DNA from: an uncultured Chloroflexia bacterium
GTDB taxonomy: Bacteria; Chloroflexota; Anaerolineae; JAAYZQ01
NCBI GenBank assembly: GCA_963700285.1
Contig: CAVOXA010000015.1
Span: 32,001-96,000, forward strand
Length of the DNA stretch: 64,000 nucleotides
Direction: 5' to 3'
Made by a program: the position numbers and the translations under genes. The notes beneath the pieces are model-generated. The model ran no database searches, had not been told where the DNA came from, and saw nothing but the letters and a program-made list of their open reading frames with translations. Below are positions 55,331-64,000 of this stretch, piece by piece (the first letter of the stretch is position 1; each line of letters begins with the position of its first letter).

Positions 55331-57762
55331 GGTACCACCTCAATCTGCTGTAGGGTTACTGGCTCGCCCAGTCGCTCCATCGTCTCCAATCGATACATGC
55401 CGGCCAGCAGTGTCGCAACCCCCGAGGCGCTTTCACTCACCACGAAGTCGTGACCATCGGCTACTAGCTCGCCCTGCCGCCAGTAGGACGTTGGGTAGAG
55501 ACCGTCTGCCGGTTGCCCATCGTGCTGGCTCCAGACCATCCCATCGGGTCCCTGCAGTTGCACGAAGGCCGTATAGTTCTGTTCCATCTCGGCCAGGGCG
55601 CGCCACACCAACCGTACCTTCACCCGGTCCCCGGGCGCCAACGGCTCGCCCTCGGCCAGCGCAACCCAATCGCCTCCAGCCTCTCGCCACAGATCGAATC
55701 CCACCAATTCGACCTGCCCCTCCAGATTGGCTTCTACCTGTGTCCCTGGACCATCAATCTCCACATGGCCCAGGGGGATGTAGGCCAGATCCAGGACATC
55801 ACTCCCATCCGTCAGTGGCAATCGATCCAAGTTCACAGGATCGTACCAACCCACCACCAGGTGATAGCGGCCGGGCTGGGCATCGGGGGGCAGGGTGAGC
55901 CGGCGGACATCGCGCAGGCGTTCGCCTGGCAACCAATGGTCGGTGGCGTGCAGTCCATTGAAAGGGGGGGCATCAGCCTGGGCTACCCGCCGGCCGCCAG
56001 GATCGATCAGGTGTACAAAAGTGGTGTAAGGCGCATCGACCCAGTCGTGGGCTTGCCAGTGCAGGGTCACGGTCAGCACATCCCCTGGCTCCAGGTTGGC
56101 AGGCTCCAATCCATAGCCAACCAGGTCTATACCCCCCTCAAAGCCAGCCTGTGCGTCCCGGTAGTATGCTGCCTCTTCCCCGGGCTTTTCGACAAAGGCC
56201 AGCGCATTGTGATGGCGAAAGACCGGTTCCATTCGATCCCAGATCGCCTGTGCGAACTCGGGAGTGTAGCGGGCGCGGAAGCGGAATTCATCGGTCACAA
56301 ACCAGAGGCGTCCGGGCCCGTCGAGGGCGCTTTCAAGTTGCTCCACGCTGTCCATGAGCGGCGCCCCAACCCAGCGATCCACCCAGGCCCCGTCCTTTTG
56401 CATGAGAAACTCTTCGTGACGAATCTGCATGGCAAAATGGTCTACCTGCCCCAGCTCGACGGCGATGGCTGGCACCGCCCAGCCGGCTACCTGGTCATCT
56501 GGCTGCCAGTGCTCGCGGACATAGGCCAGCGTCGGCCCATACCCCTCCTCCAGCTTGGTCAAGGTATCCAGCGCTTTGGGTATCGATGGAACCAGGACCA
56601 GCGCGATCAACAGCGCTGCTCCAGCGATGCCCAGCCACCTGACTACGTGGGGTCGATCCAGCACGACTATCAAGTCCGCGGCCACCGCCGAGGCCAGGAT
56701 AAAAAAAGTGGGCAACAGCATAAACAGATAGCGCGGATCCTTCCAACTCTGACCTACTATTGTCAGCATCAGCGCCAGGGTGACCAGGCAGAGCGGGTAA
56801 AGAAGAAAGTAGCCGCTTGACCTGTCCGAGCGTCGCCAGGCGCGCACGGCAAAGACCAAGCCCACCACAAAAAGCAGGCTAATCAGAAGGCGATGAGGCT
56901 CAGCAAAGTAGGGGGACAATGGCTTGAGGCCGGCCAGGAGATCCAGCGTCGGTTGGAGTGCTGGCCGGGAATCGATAGGCTGAAACTGCCCACCCCCCGT
57001 TGAGATCAGGCGGTGGATCGAAAACCGCGCCAGCACCGCTAGCCCGCCTATGCCAAAAGCCAGCCACACCTGGAACCGGCGCAAAACCGACCAGCCCTCC
57101 ATCAGCAGCAAGCCCAAGGCAAAACCGGGCAACAAGAGTGCCGCTTCTGCGTGGGCAAAGACCGCGCCCACGAAGGCCATGGTGAAGAACGCATAGCGCC
57201 GCTGGTAAAGCCACAGGATTGCCAGTAGTACCAAGACCTGCTGTAGCGTGTAGGCCCGCGCCCGGCCAGCCCAAAGGATGGCACTGGGGTCCAATGCCAG
57301 CAAGGCTGCAGCCAGCAAGCCAATGGCTTCAGCTCGCCAACGCTTGGCAAAGTTGCCCCCAGCCTCAGTGATTGACTGCTTGGCGCCGCTGCCCAGGCCA
57401 GTCTCTGGGGTGGGAAAAAGGCTGCGCCCTACCCAATAGGTAAGGGGAATGGCCACCACGCCAGCGATCAAGCTGGGTAGTTGGGCCACTTCCGGCGTCC
57501 AGCCCAGCAGCCCGAGAAAAAGAGCATCGAGATAGGAGAACAGCATCCCGTGGCCGTAGAAACTGCCCGATGGCAGGAAAGGCAATCCGCGCTCCCAGAT
57601 GCCCTGGGCTACCAGCATTGTGGCCCACTCGTCTACGAACGGGTCGCCGTTCAGGAAATAGCCCAGCCGCAACGCCACTCCCACGGCGATGATCAGGGCC
57701 AGGGCCAGCCATGGACCCCAAGCTCGCCAGCGGGACCTTGTGCGCGGTTCTGGTTCTGCCAT
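55327..57762 (-). CDS. GT-C fold glycosyltransferase, paralog of 52922-55330
   Basis: FVDEWAT, RAYTLQQ and the same two C-terminal repeats; 4-bp overlap with the next gene. Confidence 0.82.
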   Translation of the reverse strand: MAEPEPRTRSRWRAWGPWLALALIIAVGVALRLGYFLNGDPFVDEWATMLVAQGIWERGLPFLPSGSFYGHGMLFSYLDALFLGLLGWTPEVAQLPSLIAGVVAIPLTYWVGRSLFPTPETGLGSGAKQSITEAGGNFAKRWRAEAIGLLAAALLALDPSAILWAGRARAYTLQQVLVLLAILWLYQRRYAFFTMAFVGAVFAHAEAALLLPGFALGLLLMEGWSVLRRFQVWLAFGIGGLAVLARFSIHRLISTGGGQFQPIDSRPALQPTLDLLAGLKPLSPYFAEPHRLLISLLFVVGLVFAVRAWRRSDRSSGYFLLYPLCLVTLALMLTIVGQSWKDPRYLFMLLPTFFILASAVAADLIVVLDRPHVVRWLGIAGAALLIALVLVPSIPKALDTLTKLEEGYGPTLAYVREHWQPDDQVAGWAVPAIAVELGQVDHFAMQIRHEEFLMQKDGAWVDRWVGAPLMDSVEQLESALDGPGRLWFVTDEFRFRARYTPEFAQAIWDRMEPVFRHHNALAFVEKPGEEAAYYRDAQAGFEGGIDLVGYGLEPANLEPGDVLTVTLHWQAHDWVDAPYTTFVHLIDPGGRRVAQADAPPFNGLHATDHWLPGERLRDVRRLTLPPDAQPGRYHLVVGWYDPVNLDRLPLTDGSDVLDLAYIPLGHVEIDGPGTQVEANLEGQVELVGFDLWREAGGDWVALAEGEPLAPGDRVKVRLVWRALAEMEQNYTAFVQLQGPDGMVWSQHDGQPADGLYPTSYWRQGELVADGHDFVVSESASGVATLLAGMYRLETMERLGEPVTLQQIEVVP

Positions 57763-57773
57763 CGTCCCCGATC

Positions 57774-58730
57774 TCAGCTTCCCAGCTCCTCTCGCACTGT
57801 ATAGATCGGCTTGCCCTGTGCCTCAAAGTAGGTACGGGTTACCAGCTCGGCCAGCAACCCGCTGGTGATGAGTTGCACGCCCAACATGGTCAGCAAGATC
57901 GCCAGCAATACCAGGGGTCGACCTCCGATATCCTCACCCACGACCAGCCTTACGACCGCCAGATAAACCAAAAGTGCGCCGCCAATCATGAGAGCGAGCA
58001 AACCGCCCAGCCCAAAGATGTGGATCGGGCGCGTGGAATAGCTGAGCATGAACTTGACGACCAACAGGTCCAGCAAAACCCTGAAGGTACGGGAGATGCC
58101 GTATTTGGACTGGCCGAATCGCCGGGGATAGTGCGCGACCTCTATCTCGGTCACCTGTCCACCTTGCCCATAGGCCAGGGCTGGGAGAAAACGGTGCATC
58201 TCGCCGTAGAGCCGCACATCGGCAAGCACGTCACGGCCATAGGCCTTGAGTGAGCAACCATAGTCGTGCAGGTGGACGCCAGTTCCCCAGGAGATCAGGC
58301 GGTTGGCCATGATGGAAGGCAATCGACGATCAAGAAAGCGATCCTGCCGGTCCTTGCGCCAGCCACTGACTACGTCATAGCCCTCCTCGAACTTGGACAG
58401 CAGGCGAGGGATGTCGGCCGGATCGTTCTGCAAGTCAGCGTCTATCGTAACGATCACCTCGCCCCGCGCCCGATCGAAACCGGCGCTAAAGCCGGCGGTC
58501 TGCCCATAGTTTCGTCTCAGGCGAACCACGCGAATATGCTCATCGCCAGCCAGCAACTCTCGCAGCACCGACAAGCTGCTGTCGGTGCTGCCATCGTCGA
58601 CAAAAATCAGTTCGTAGTTTCGGTCCATTTCTGCCAGCGCCTCGGTCAGGCTCTGATGCAAGGCAACCAACGATTCCTCTTCGTTGTACACGGGGATGAC
58701 GACTGAGAGATAAATATCCGATTTGCTCAT
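57774..58730 (-). CDS. GT2 polyprenol-phosphate glycosyltransferase (ArnC/GtrB-like)
   Basis: SVVIPVYNEE, VDDGSTD, RNYGQTA, IDADLQNDP and two C-terminal TM helices. Confidence 0.92.
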   Translation of the reverse strand: MSKSDIYLSVVIPVYNEEESLVALHQSLTEALAEMDRNYELIFVDDGSTDSSLSVLRELLAGDEHIRVVRLRRNYGQTAGFSAGFDRARGEVIVTIDADLQNDPADIPRLLSKFEEGYDVVSGWRKDRQDRFLDRRLPSIMANRLISWGTGVHLHDYGCSLKAYGRDVLADVRLYGEMHRFLPALAYGQGGQVTEIEVAHYPRRFGQSKYGISRTFRVLLDLLVVKFMLSYSTRPIHIFGLGGLLALMIGGALLVYLAVVRLVVGEDIGGRPLVLLAILLTMLGVQLITSGLLAELVTRTYFEAQGKPIYTVREELGS

Positions 58731-58752
58731 AGTGAATCCTTCCTCACAACCT

Positions 58753-61444
58753 CTATTTCACCTGGATCGTACCCAGTTCTATGCTATCGCCCCCTGCTGG
58801 CAGAGGGGCTGCAACAGCCATGCCTTCAGCCACCACGGGCAGACGTTCTCCTGTATCTGGGTCGTACATGCCCACTACGATTTGGTATTCGCCGCTGGGT
58901 GTTCCAGCCGGGATAAGGATCCCGACGGGATCCTGGATTACCTCGCCCGCCGCCCACTCAGTCGTCGGCAGAGAGCCACCCCCTGGCTGGCTGTCCTGCT
59001 GAGCCACCAACCGCCCTTCTGCATCCAAGATATGAGCAAAGACAGCGAGCTGCCCGGCCAATGGTTCACTTGCCTCCCAAAACAGGATCAGCCGTACCAT
59101 CCGGCCGGGTTCGATCCACTCCTCAGCCAGGTTATAGCCCAGTAGCTTGACCTGATCCCCCAGCCGGCTATCCAGCGGGTGCTCTATCTCCTCACTCTCC
59201 CCGGGTCCGGCACCTGCCTTGGCAAGCGGCGCACCGAAAGGTGACCAAACGCACGCTGCCATGCCATTCGGTCTGCCCGCGGTAGGCGTGCTCGTTCAGC
59301 CATCCTTCGATATAGCGATCCGGATCGACACTCTGTTCCTCTCGAAAGACAACAAAGACAACGGGATGGTTGGCAACGATCTCTTCCAACACCTCGGCCG
59401 CCGCTTCGGGTTCCATAGACGGCCCCTGGGGCAGCAGGTACGGCGTCAGGGGCCCTTCGTAGGTGCGCCCCACGGCCTCGGCCTGGTCGGGCGGCACGAC
59501 CAGGATGGCATCAGTCTTTTGCCCCATTGCCGCGAGAGTCTGGGCCACAGCCTGGTAGTCAGCGATGTCGTACCCTTCCATAGGGCGCTGCGCCTTGTGG
59601 TAGAGCAGCACAGTGTCGCCGTCAGGCAGCGGAAACTGCCTGTCCAGCTCAAACGTCGCGTCAAATAGACCCGGGGCTGCTTCCAGATGGCGCAGCGCTT
59701 CCTGAGCTGCGTCGTCGATCCACTTGTAGTTCTCCTCGATCATGACCAAATAATCATACTCGAAGAGGTGAGAGGCGATGGAATCGGGAATGCCAGAGCG
59801 GGCAAGGTTCTGCACCTGGATGGCAGGATAGCCCTGAAGCGCCAGCATGCCGAACAGGTCAGGGTTCACGTGCTCGTTGTTGACCAGCACCCCCAGCTTG
59901 GTGCTCTCGGCGCCAGAAGCCTGCCGGTCCGCCTCAACTAGCTGCAGAATGTCCGGTATCACCCAGTAGCCGCGGTCTGTCTCGCCGTCATCTGGCAGCA
60001 GGTGCGCTCCGCCCCGGGCAAAAAGGCCCGTATCACCCAACACCGGCAAGGTCAAGGACATCTTGTCCGCTATCTGGTGGGGAGCCTCAAAGGAAAGGAC
60101 AAAGAATTGCAGCAGTCCCCACCCAACAAGCAGGACGACCAGTATCGTAACCGCTTTTTTCCACGGCAGCCGGAAGAGTCCTGCGGCTAATAGCAGGGCC
60201 AGGGCGGGCAACACAGGCGTGATCCCCCGCGATTTGCGATAGATAGAGAGGGTGAGCAGCAGGTAGGATCCGGCCACCCAGAGGGCCGTTACCCACCAGG
60301 CGTCGCTGGCTCGCCGCAACGTGGTCCATACATCACCTTTGCGCCACAGGTACAGGAACAGAGCCAGCACAGCAATAGCCAGAAAGATGAAATGAACAGG
60401 GGACAGGTGCTCATTGACCATCTGGGCTAGAAAATAGCCATAGGTATCCAATCTATCCAGATTGGCGGACCGTTCCCAAGGATCATTCACACCAAAGCCA
60501 AAGCGCAGCAAGCGTTCAATGAAGGTAATGCGGGGGAGGTACCAGAGCGAACCCAACGTACCACCCAGAAAGATGGCGGATAGGAAGTTGGTATCAGGGC
60601 CCGGTTTCAGGCGCAGCAAATAGATCGTTGCCGCAATCAGGACAGCCCACAAGGGCACGAGCCAGCCTCCCAACGGCAACTGGTTGGCAATCTCGCGGGC
60701 CGGCAGATACCAGGCAGCCGCCAGGACCAACCCGAGGCCCAAGGCCAAAAGTATTTCCCTGACCTCAAGGTGCAAACCAGGCCGCAGACGCCGCCTCAAA
60801 CTGCCCAGCGCTTCGGAGCGTATGACAACCACACACAGTGGGGCAAAGACAAAGACCAGATAGGTACGTTTTGTCAGCAAGCCTAGCCCAAAAGAGAGCC
60901 CGAACAGCAATGACGCTACCCGGTTTTCAAAGCCATCACTGGCCAGCAACAGGTAGATACTGAGAGCCACGATGGCCGTCAGCGCCAGTTCCAGGTAAAA
61001 GTAGCGGGAGATAGCATAGATCATTGGTAGGGTAGCAACGATAAAAGCTGCCAAAAGACCCACACGCCGTCCACCAAGTCGCCGCCCGATGCCGAATACC
61101 GAGCCAAACAGCACTGCCAGGTAGAGGACATTGACCATCGTCCCTACGTCTCCGGAAAGGCCAAAGAACCGGTAGAGGGGGACTGCCGACAAGAAATACA
61201 GGGGCGGCCGGTTAGGGTGCCAGGTAACCGCGGCAAAGAGCGTCTTGGGACCAAAGGGGCGCAGGATTGTATCGTATATGAAACTGGTTCCCAGATGCGA
61301 GGGCACGTCCCAACCCAGGACTGTCACATTGGTCGAAAGCCACAGCCAATTGTTGACGGCGTGGAACACAACCAGGGCAACAAGCACACCCAAGGTCACG
61401 ATGCGAATCAGTTTCTCGTTCTCAAACCAACTCTGCATGGTCAT
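58753..61444 (-). CDS. GT-C fold glycosyltransferase (GT83/39-like), frameshift near 59225
   Basis: WDVPSH, RPPLY and LGLLTK; ORF 58753..59262 supplies the C-terminal beta-sandwich repeat. Confidence 0.8.
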
Positions 61445-61484
61445 AGTAGAAAACAGGGCCAGGGCGCCAAGGTACTTGGGTGGC

Positions 61485-64000
61485 CTATGGTCCTTTTAGC
61501 TGTACCTGGCCCAAAGTTGTACTGTCGCCCAAAGTCTTGCCAGCACTGTTCAAAGCGGGCAAACGCTGGCCCGTACCGGGGTGATACATGCCCACCACTA
61601 GGTCATATTCGCCGGCAGGCGCCTCGTCTGAGATAGGAAGGTCAATCTGATCGCGCACAAACTCGCCTGGCAGCCAAAGGCTCGTCGGGTAGAAACCTGT
61701 CACTGGCTGGCTGTCTCGCTGGCCCCAGATTTTGCCATCTGCGCCGACCAGGTGTACAAAGACCGTATAATCTTCTGCCATTGATGCGAGACTTTCCCAG
61801 AACAGTGTCAGTTGCAGGGTAGCACCTGGTTCACCTTGCCCCTCCAGGTCGTAGCCGAACAGGCGTACCTTGTTGTTGAAACTAACCTCCTGAGCCACTT
61901 GCGGGGAAGGAGGCGGGCTCACTGCGCCCCGCACGACCTCTACAGAGCCCAACAGAAGGTCGCCGTCCATGTGCACAGGTTCCAGAGGAACCATGGCCGT
62001 TGGATCGTGCATGCCCATTTCGATCTGGTAGACGCCTGGCGGGGTGCCCGGCAGGACCTGGATCCGCCTTCTGTCAACCACCACCATCTCCTCCCCCCAA
62101 AGACTGGTGGGCATGGCGCCCCACAGTGGGCTGCCATCCTGTCCCCCCCAAACGTCATACGCACCGTTGATCAGGTGCAGATATACGCTATAGTCGGTCT
62201 CCAGGGGCTCCCTGCGCTGCCAATAAAGCGTGACTTCTACCTCGCCTCCGGGCTCTACCTGCTGCGTCTCCAGATCGTAACCTAGGAATGTCACCTTATC
62301 GCCTAGGTTGACCGCAGCCGGATGGGTGATGGCGGGAGCCTCGTCTAGAACAAGGGGGGGTACCTTGTACACCCGAGCGTAGTCGATGCCGTCGATTCGG
62401 GCCACATACTCGGGCTCCCATGTCTCAAGGGTTTCGACCACCTCAGGTGAAGGGATATCGCGCTGCGCATAGCTCAAGTAAGAGATAACATAGTCAGACA
62501 GGAGCCACAGTCCAGTCCAGTTGCCCTGCCTCAGTGGCTGGGCGCTTCCCTCGAAATGATGGCGAAAGACATGATTGGGATAGGCGGTGGAGACCTTGAG
62601 GTTTTCAGCATCCTGTTTCTGGTTCAGGTATTGGGCCGCCAGGTCGAGCCCTTCCCCGCCGCCAAAGACAAATAGGCGAGAGGCCATTCCTGCGCCGCCC
62701 AACAGTGGGTTGAAATAGGCTGAATAGTAGGGCCTCAGGCGCAACCAGAGGAACATAGACCCGATGATACCGATAATTGCCAGGCCGTAGAGAAGCCAGG
62801 CAGCATTCTGTGCACTACTCTTCTGTCGCTGCTGCCACTTGTCCACCAGCCAGTTGAGAGATGCCGACAGGCCAAGGGCAGCTACGACGTCGATCATAGG
62901 GAAGACGGGAAGAACGTAGCCTTCCAGCTTTTTCGCGGCCAGTGAGATCATGACTATGAAGAAAAAGATGTAGGCTACTCCCAGCCATGCAGCCAAGCGT
63001 TGTTCCCCCGGCCAGTTTTTCCGCCACTGAGCCACCGCAATCGCAGCGAGACCCATCAGGAAGAAGGCAAAAACAACAGGAGATAGTCTAAAGGCTGAGA
63101 TTAGAGGATAGTATCCAGGGCCGGGATCAACCACGACCTTGCCCATGAAAAACTGCATGGGGGCAGCATCAGCAATCAGGGCAGAGGTATGGGTAGCCTC
63201 CAACCCCCAGGAGAAGGTGTGGCCAAGTTGGGCCAGTACCTCACCAGGCTGGACCCACATCGATGGCCAAAGCATGAAAAAGACCAGGCAGGCCACCGCA
63301 ATCCACAGCCCAAAGGACTTTAGCTCGCGCCAGAGCAACGATGTATTGATGCGCTGCCCCGAGGTCAGGTAGATGAGGCGACCGGCGAGCGCCAGCAGAG
63401 AGAAAGGGATCAGGTACAGAGCCGGCAGCTTGGTTAACCAGGCCAAGCCGGCAAAAACGCCGGACAGCACCAGGTAGCGTCGCTGTGAAGTCGCTCTGGG
63501 CTGGGCGACGTACACCAGGAGCGCCAGCGCGGAGAGAAACATGGTGCTGGCCAGGATTGCGTCCACGTGGACCCGGCGAGAATGGGCGAGATAGTTGGGA
63601 TCGATGGCGATCAGAAGAGCAGCAAGGAACGCGGGTTTCCCCCCAAACAGCTTCCTGAGCAGCCAGTAGCCGATCACCACCGTGACCGAGGTCACCAATA
63701 CGGTAAACATGCCCGCTACCGGCAGCAGCGCGAGCAGATCATAATCGCCATCGGCTCGCATCTGATATAGGGTGGATACATCCCCACGCAGAAGAAACCA
63801 GAGCAGGAGAAACCCGCCAAACCCCCACGTTGCGGTAACGCCGGGATGGACAGAGGCAATGGTCACCAGGTCGCCGTGAGTTAGATTGTAGACAAAGTCT
63901 ATGGACCGCTCGATCCAGCGCTGCTCGTCAACAGTGGCATAGCTCCCGATGGCCAGGGAGCGAGGAACGACCGCAATGACAAAGAGCGCGACAGCCGCCA
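61485..64000 (-). CDS. GT-C fold glycosyltransferase (GT39-like), 5' end beyond window edge
   Basis: The frame stays open to the edge (…YATVDEQRWIERS…HPGVT); SRRVHVD, LAWLTK, YFNPLLGG and two C-terminal repeats. Confidence 0.82.
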   Translation of the reverse strand, partial: AAVALFVIAVVPRSLAIGSYATVDEQRWIERSIDFVYNLTHGDLVTIASVHPGVTATWGFGGFLLLWFLLRGDVSTLYQMRADGDYDLLALLPVAGMFTVLVTSVTVVIGYWLLRKLFGGKPAFLAALLIAIDPNYLAHSRRVHVDAILASTMFLSALALLVYVAQPRATSQRRYLVLSGVFAGLAWLTKLPALYLIPFSLLALAGRLIYLTSGQRINTSLLWRELKSFGLWIAVACLVFFMLWPSMWVQPGEVLAQLGHTFSWGLEATHTSALIADAAPMQFFMGKVVVDPGPGYYPLISAFRLSPVVFAFFLMGLAAIAVAQWRKNWPGEQRLAAWLGVAYIFFFIVMISLAAKKLEGYVLPVFPMIDVVAALGLSASLNWLVDKWQQRQKSSAQNAAWLLYGLAIIGIIGSMFLWLRLRPYYSAYFNPLLGGAGMASRLFVFGGGEGLDLAAQYLNQKQDAENLKVSTAYPNHVFRHHFEGSAQPLRQGNWTGLWLLSDYVISYLSYAQRDIPSPEVVETLETWEPEYVARIDGIDYARVYKVPPLVLDEAPAITHPAAVNLGDKVTFLGYDLETQQVEPGGEVEVTLYWQRREPLETDYSVYLHLINGAYDVWGGQDGSPLWGAMPTSLWGEEMVVVDRRRIQVLPGTPPGVYQIEMGMHDPTAMVPLEPVHMDGDLLLGSVEVVRGAVSPPPSPQVAQEVSFNNKVRLFGYDLEGQGEPGATLQLTLFWESLASMAEDYTVFVHLVGADGKIWGQRDSQPVTGFYPTSLWLPGEFVRDQIDLPISDEAPAGEYDLVVGMYHPGTGQRLPALNSAGKTLGDSTTLGQVQLKGP

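Overview
GC-rich bacterial DNA, most likely Anaerolineae (Chloroflexota). This is inferred from the tandem large GT-C glycosyltransferases with repeated C-terminal beta-sandwich domains, a GAAC-N4-GTTC LexA box and the REP families. Many genes, including housekeeping ones (guaB, pfkA, tgt, rsmI), carry single-base indels that look like long-read errors, so I joined fragments by eye and some ends are approximate. Four blocks. (1) 1-19 kb: a mostly minus-strand mosaic of accessory genes and gene remnants with integron attC-like sites, an IS3 element, and repeated same-orientation pieces of one gene, yjbQ, plus a conserved ~110-bp yjbQ-derived element in three copies. (2) 19-27.7 kb: an operon bracketed by yjbQ sequences, encoding a corrinoid protein, two MtmB-like methyltransferases with no pyrrolysine codon, a class III aminotransferase, an atypical malic enzyme and an amidohydrolase. 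(3) 27.9-45.9 kb: a defence island flanked by ~180-220-bp direct repeats. It holds an SNF2/DUF3883 helicase, a DUF1156 methyltransferase, a Swt1-HEPN/DUF499 ATPase, two Phd-PIN toxin-antitoxin pairs, a GIY-YIG gene between inverted REP palindromes, a second SNF2 with an uncharacterised membrane partner, and an AAA_25 ATPase with a LexA box. (4) 46-64 kb: pfkA-guaB-(ArmA/Rmt-like methyltransferase)-rsmI-tgt and a surface glycosylation cluster. Best candidates for undescribed systems: the yjbQ-delimited cargo array, the pyrrolysine-free MtmB operon, and the REP-flanked GIY-YIG unit. All family calls come from motif recognition; no database search was run.
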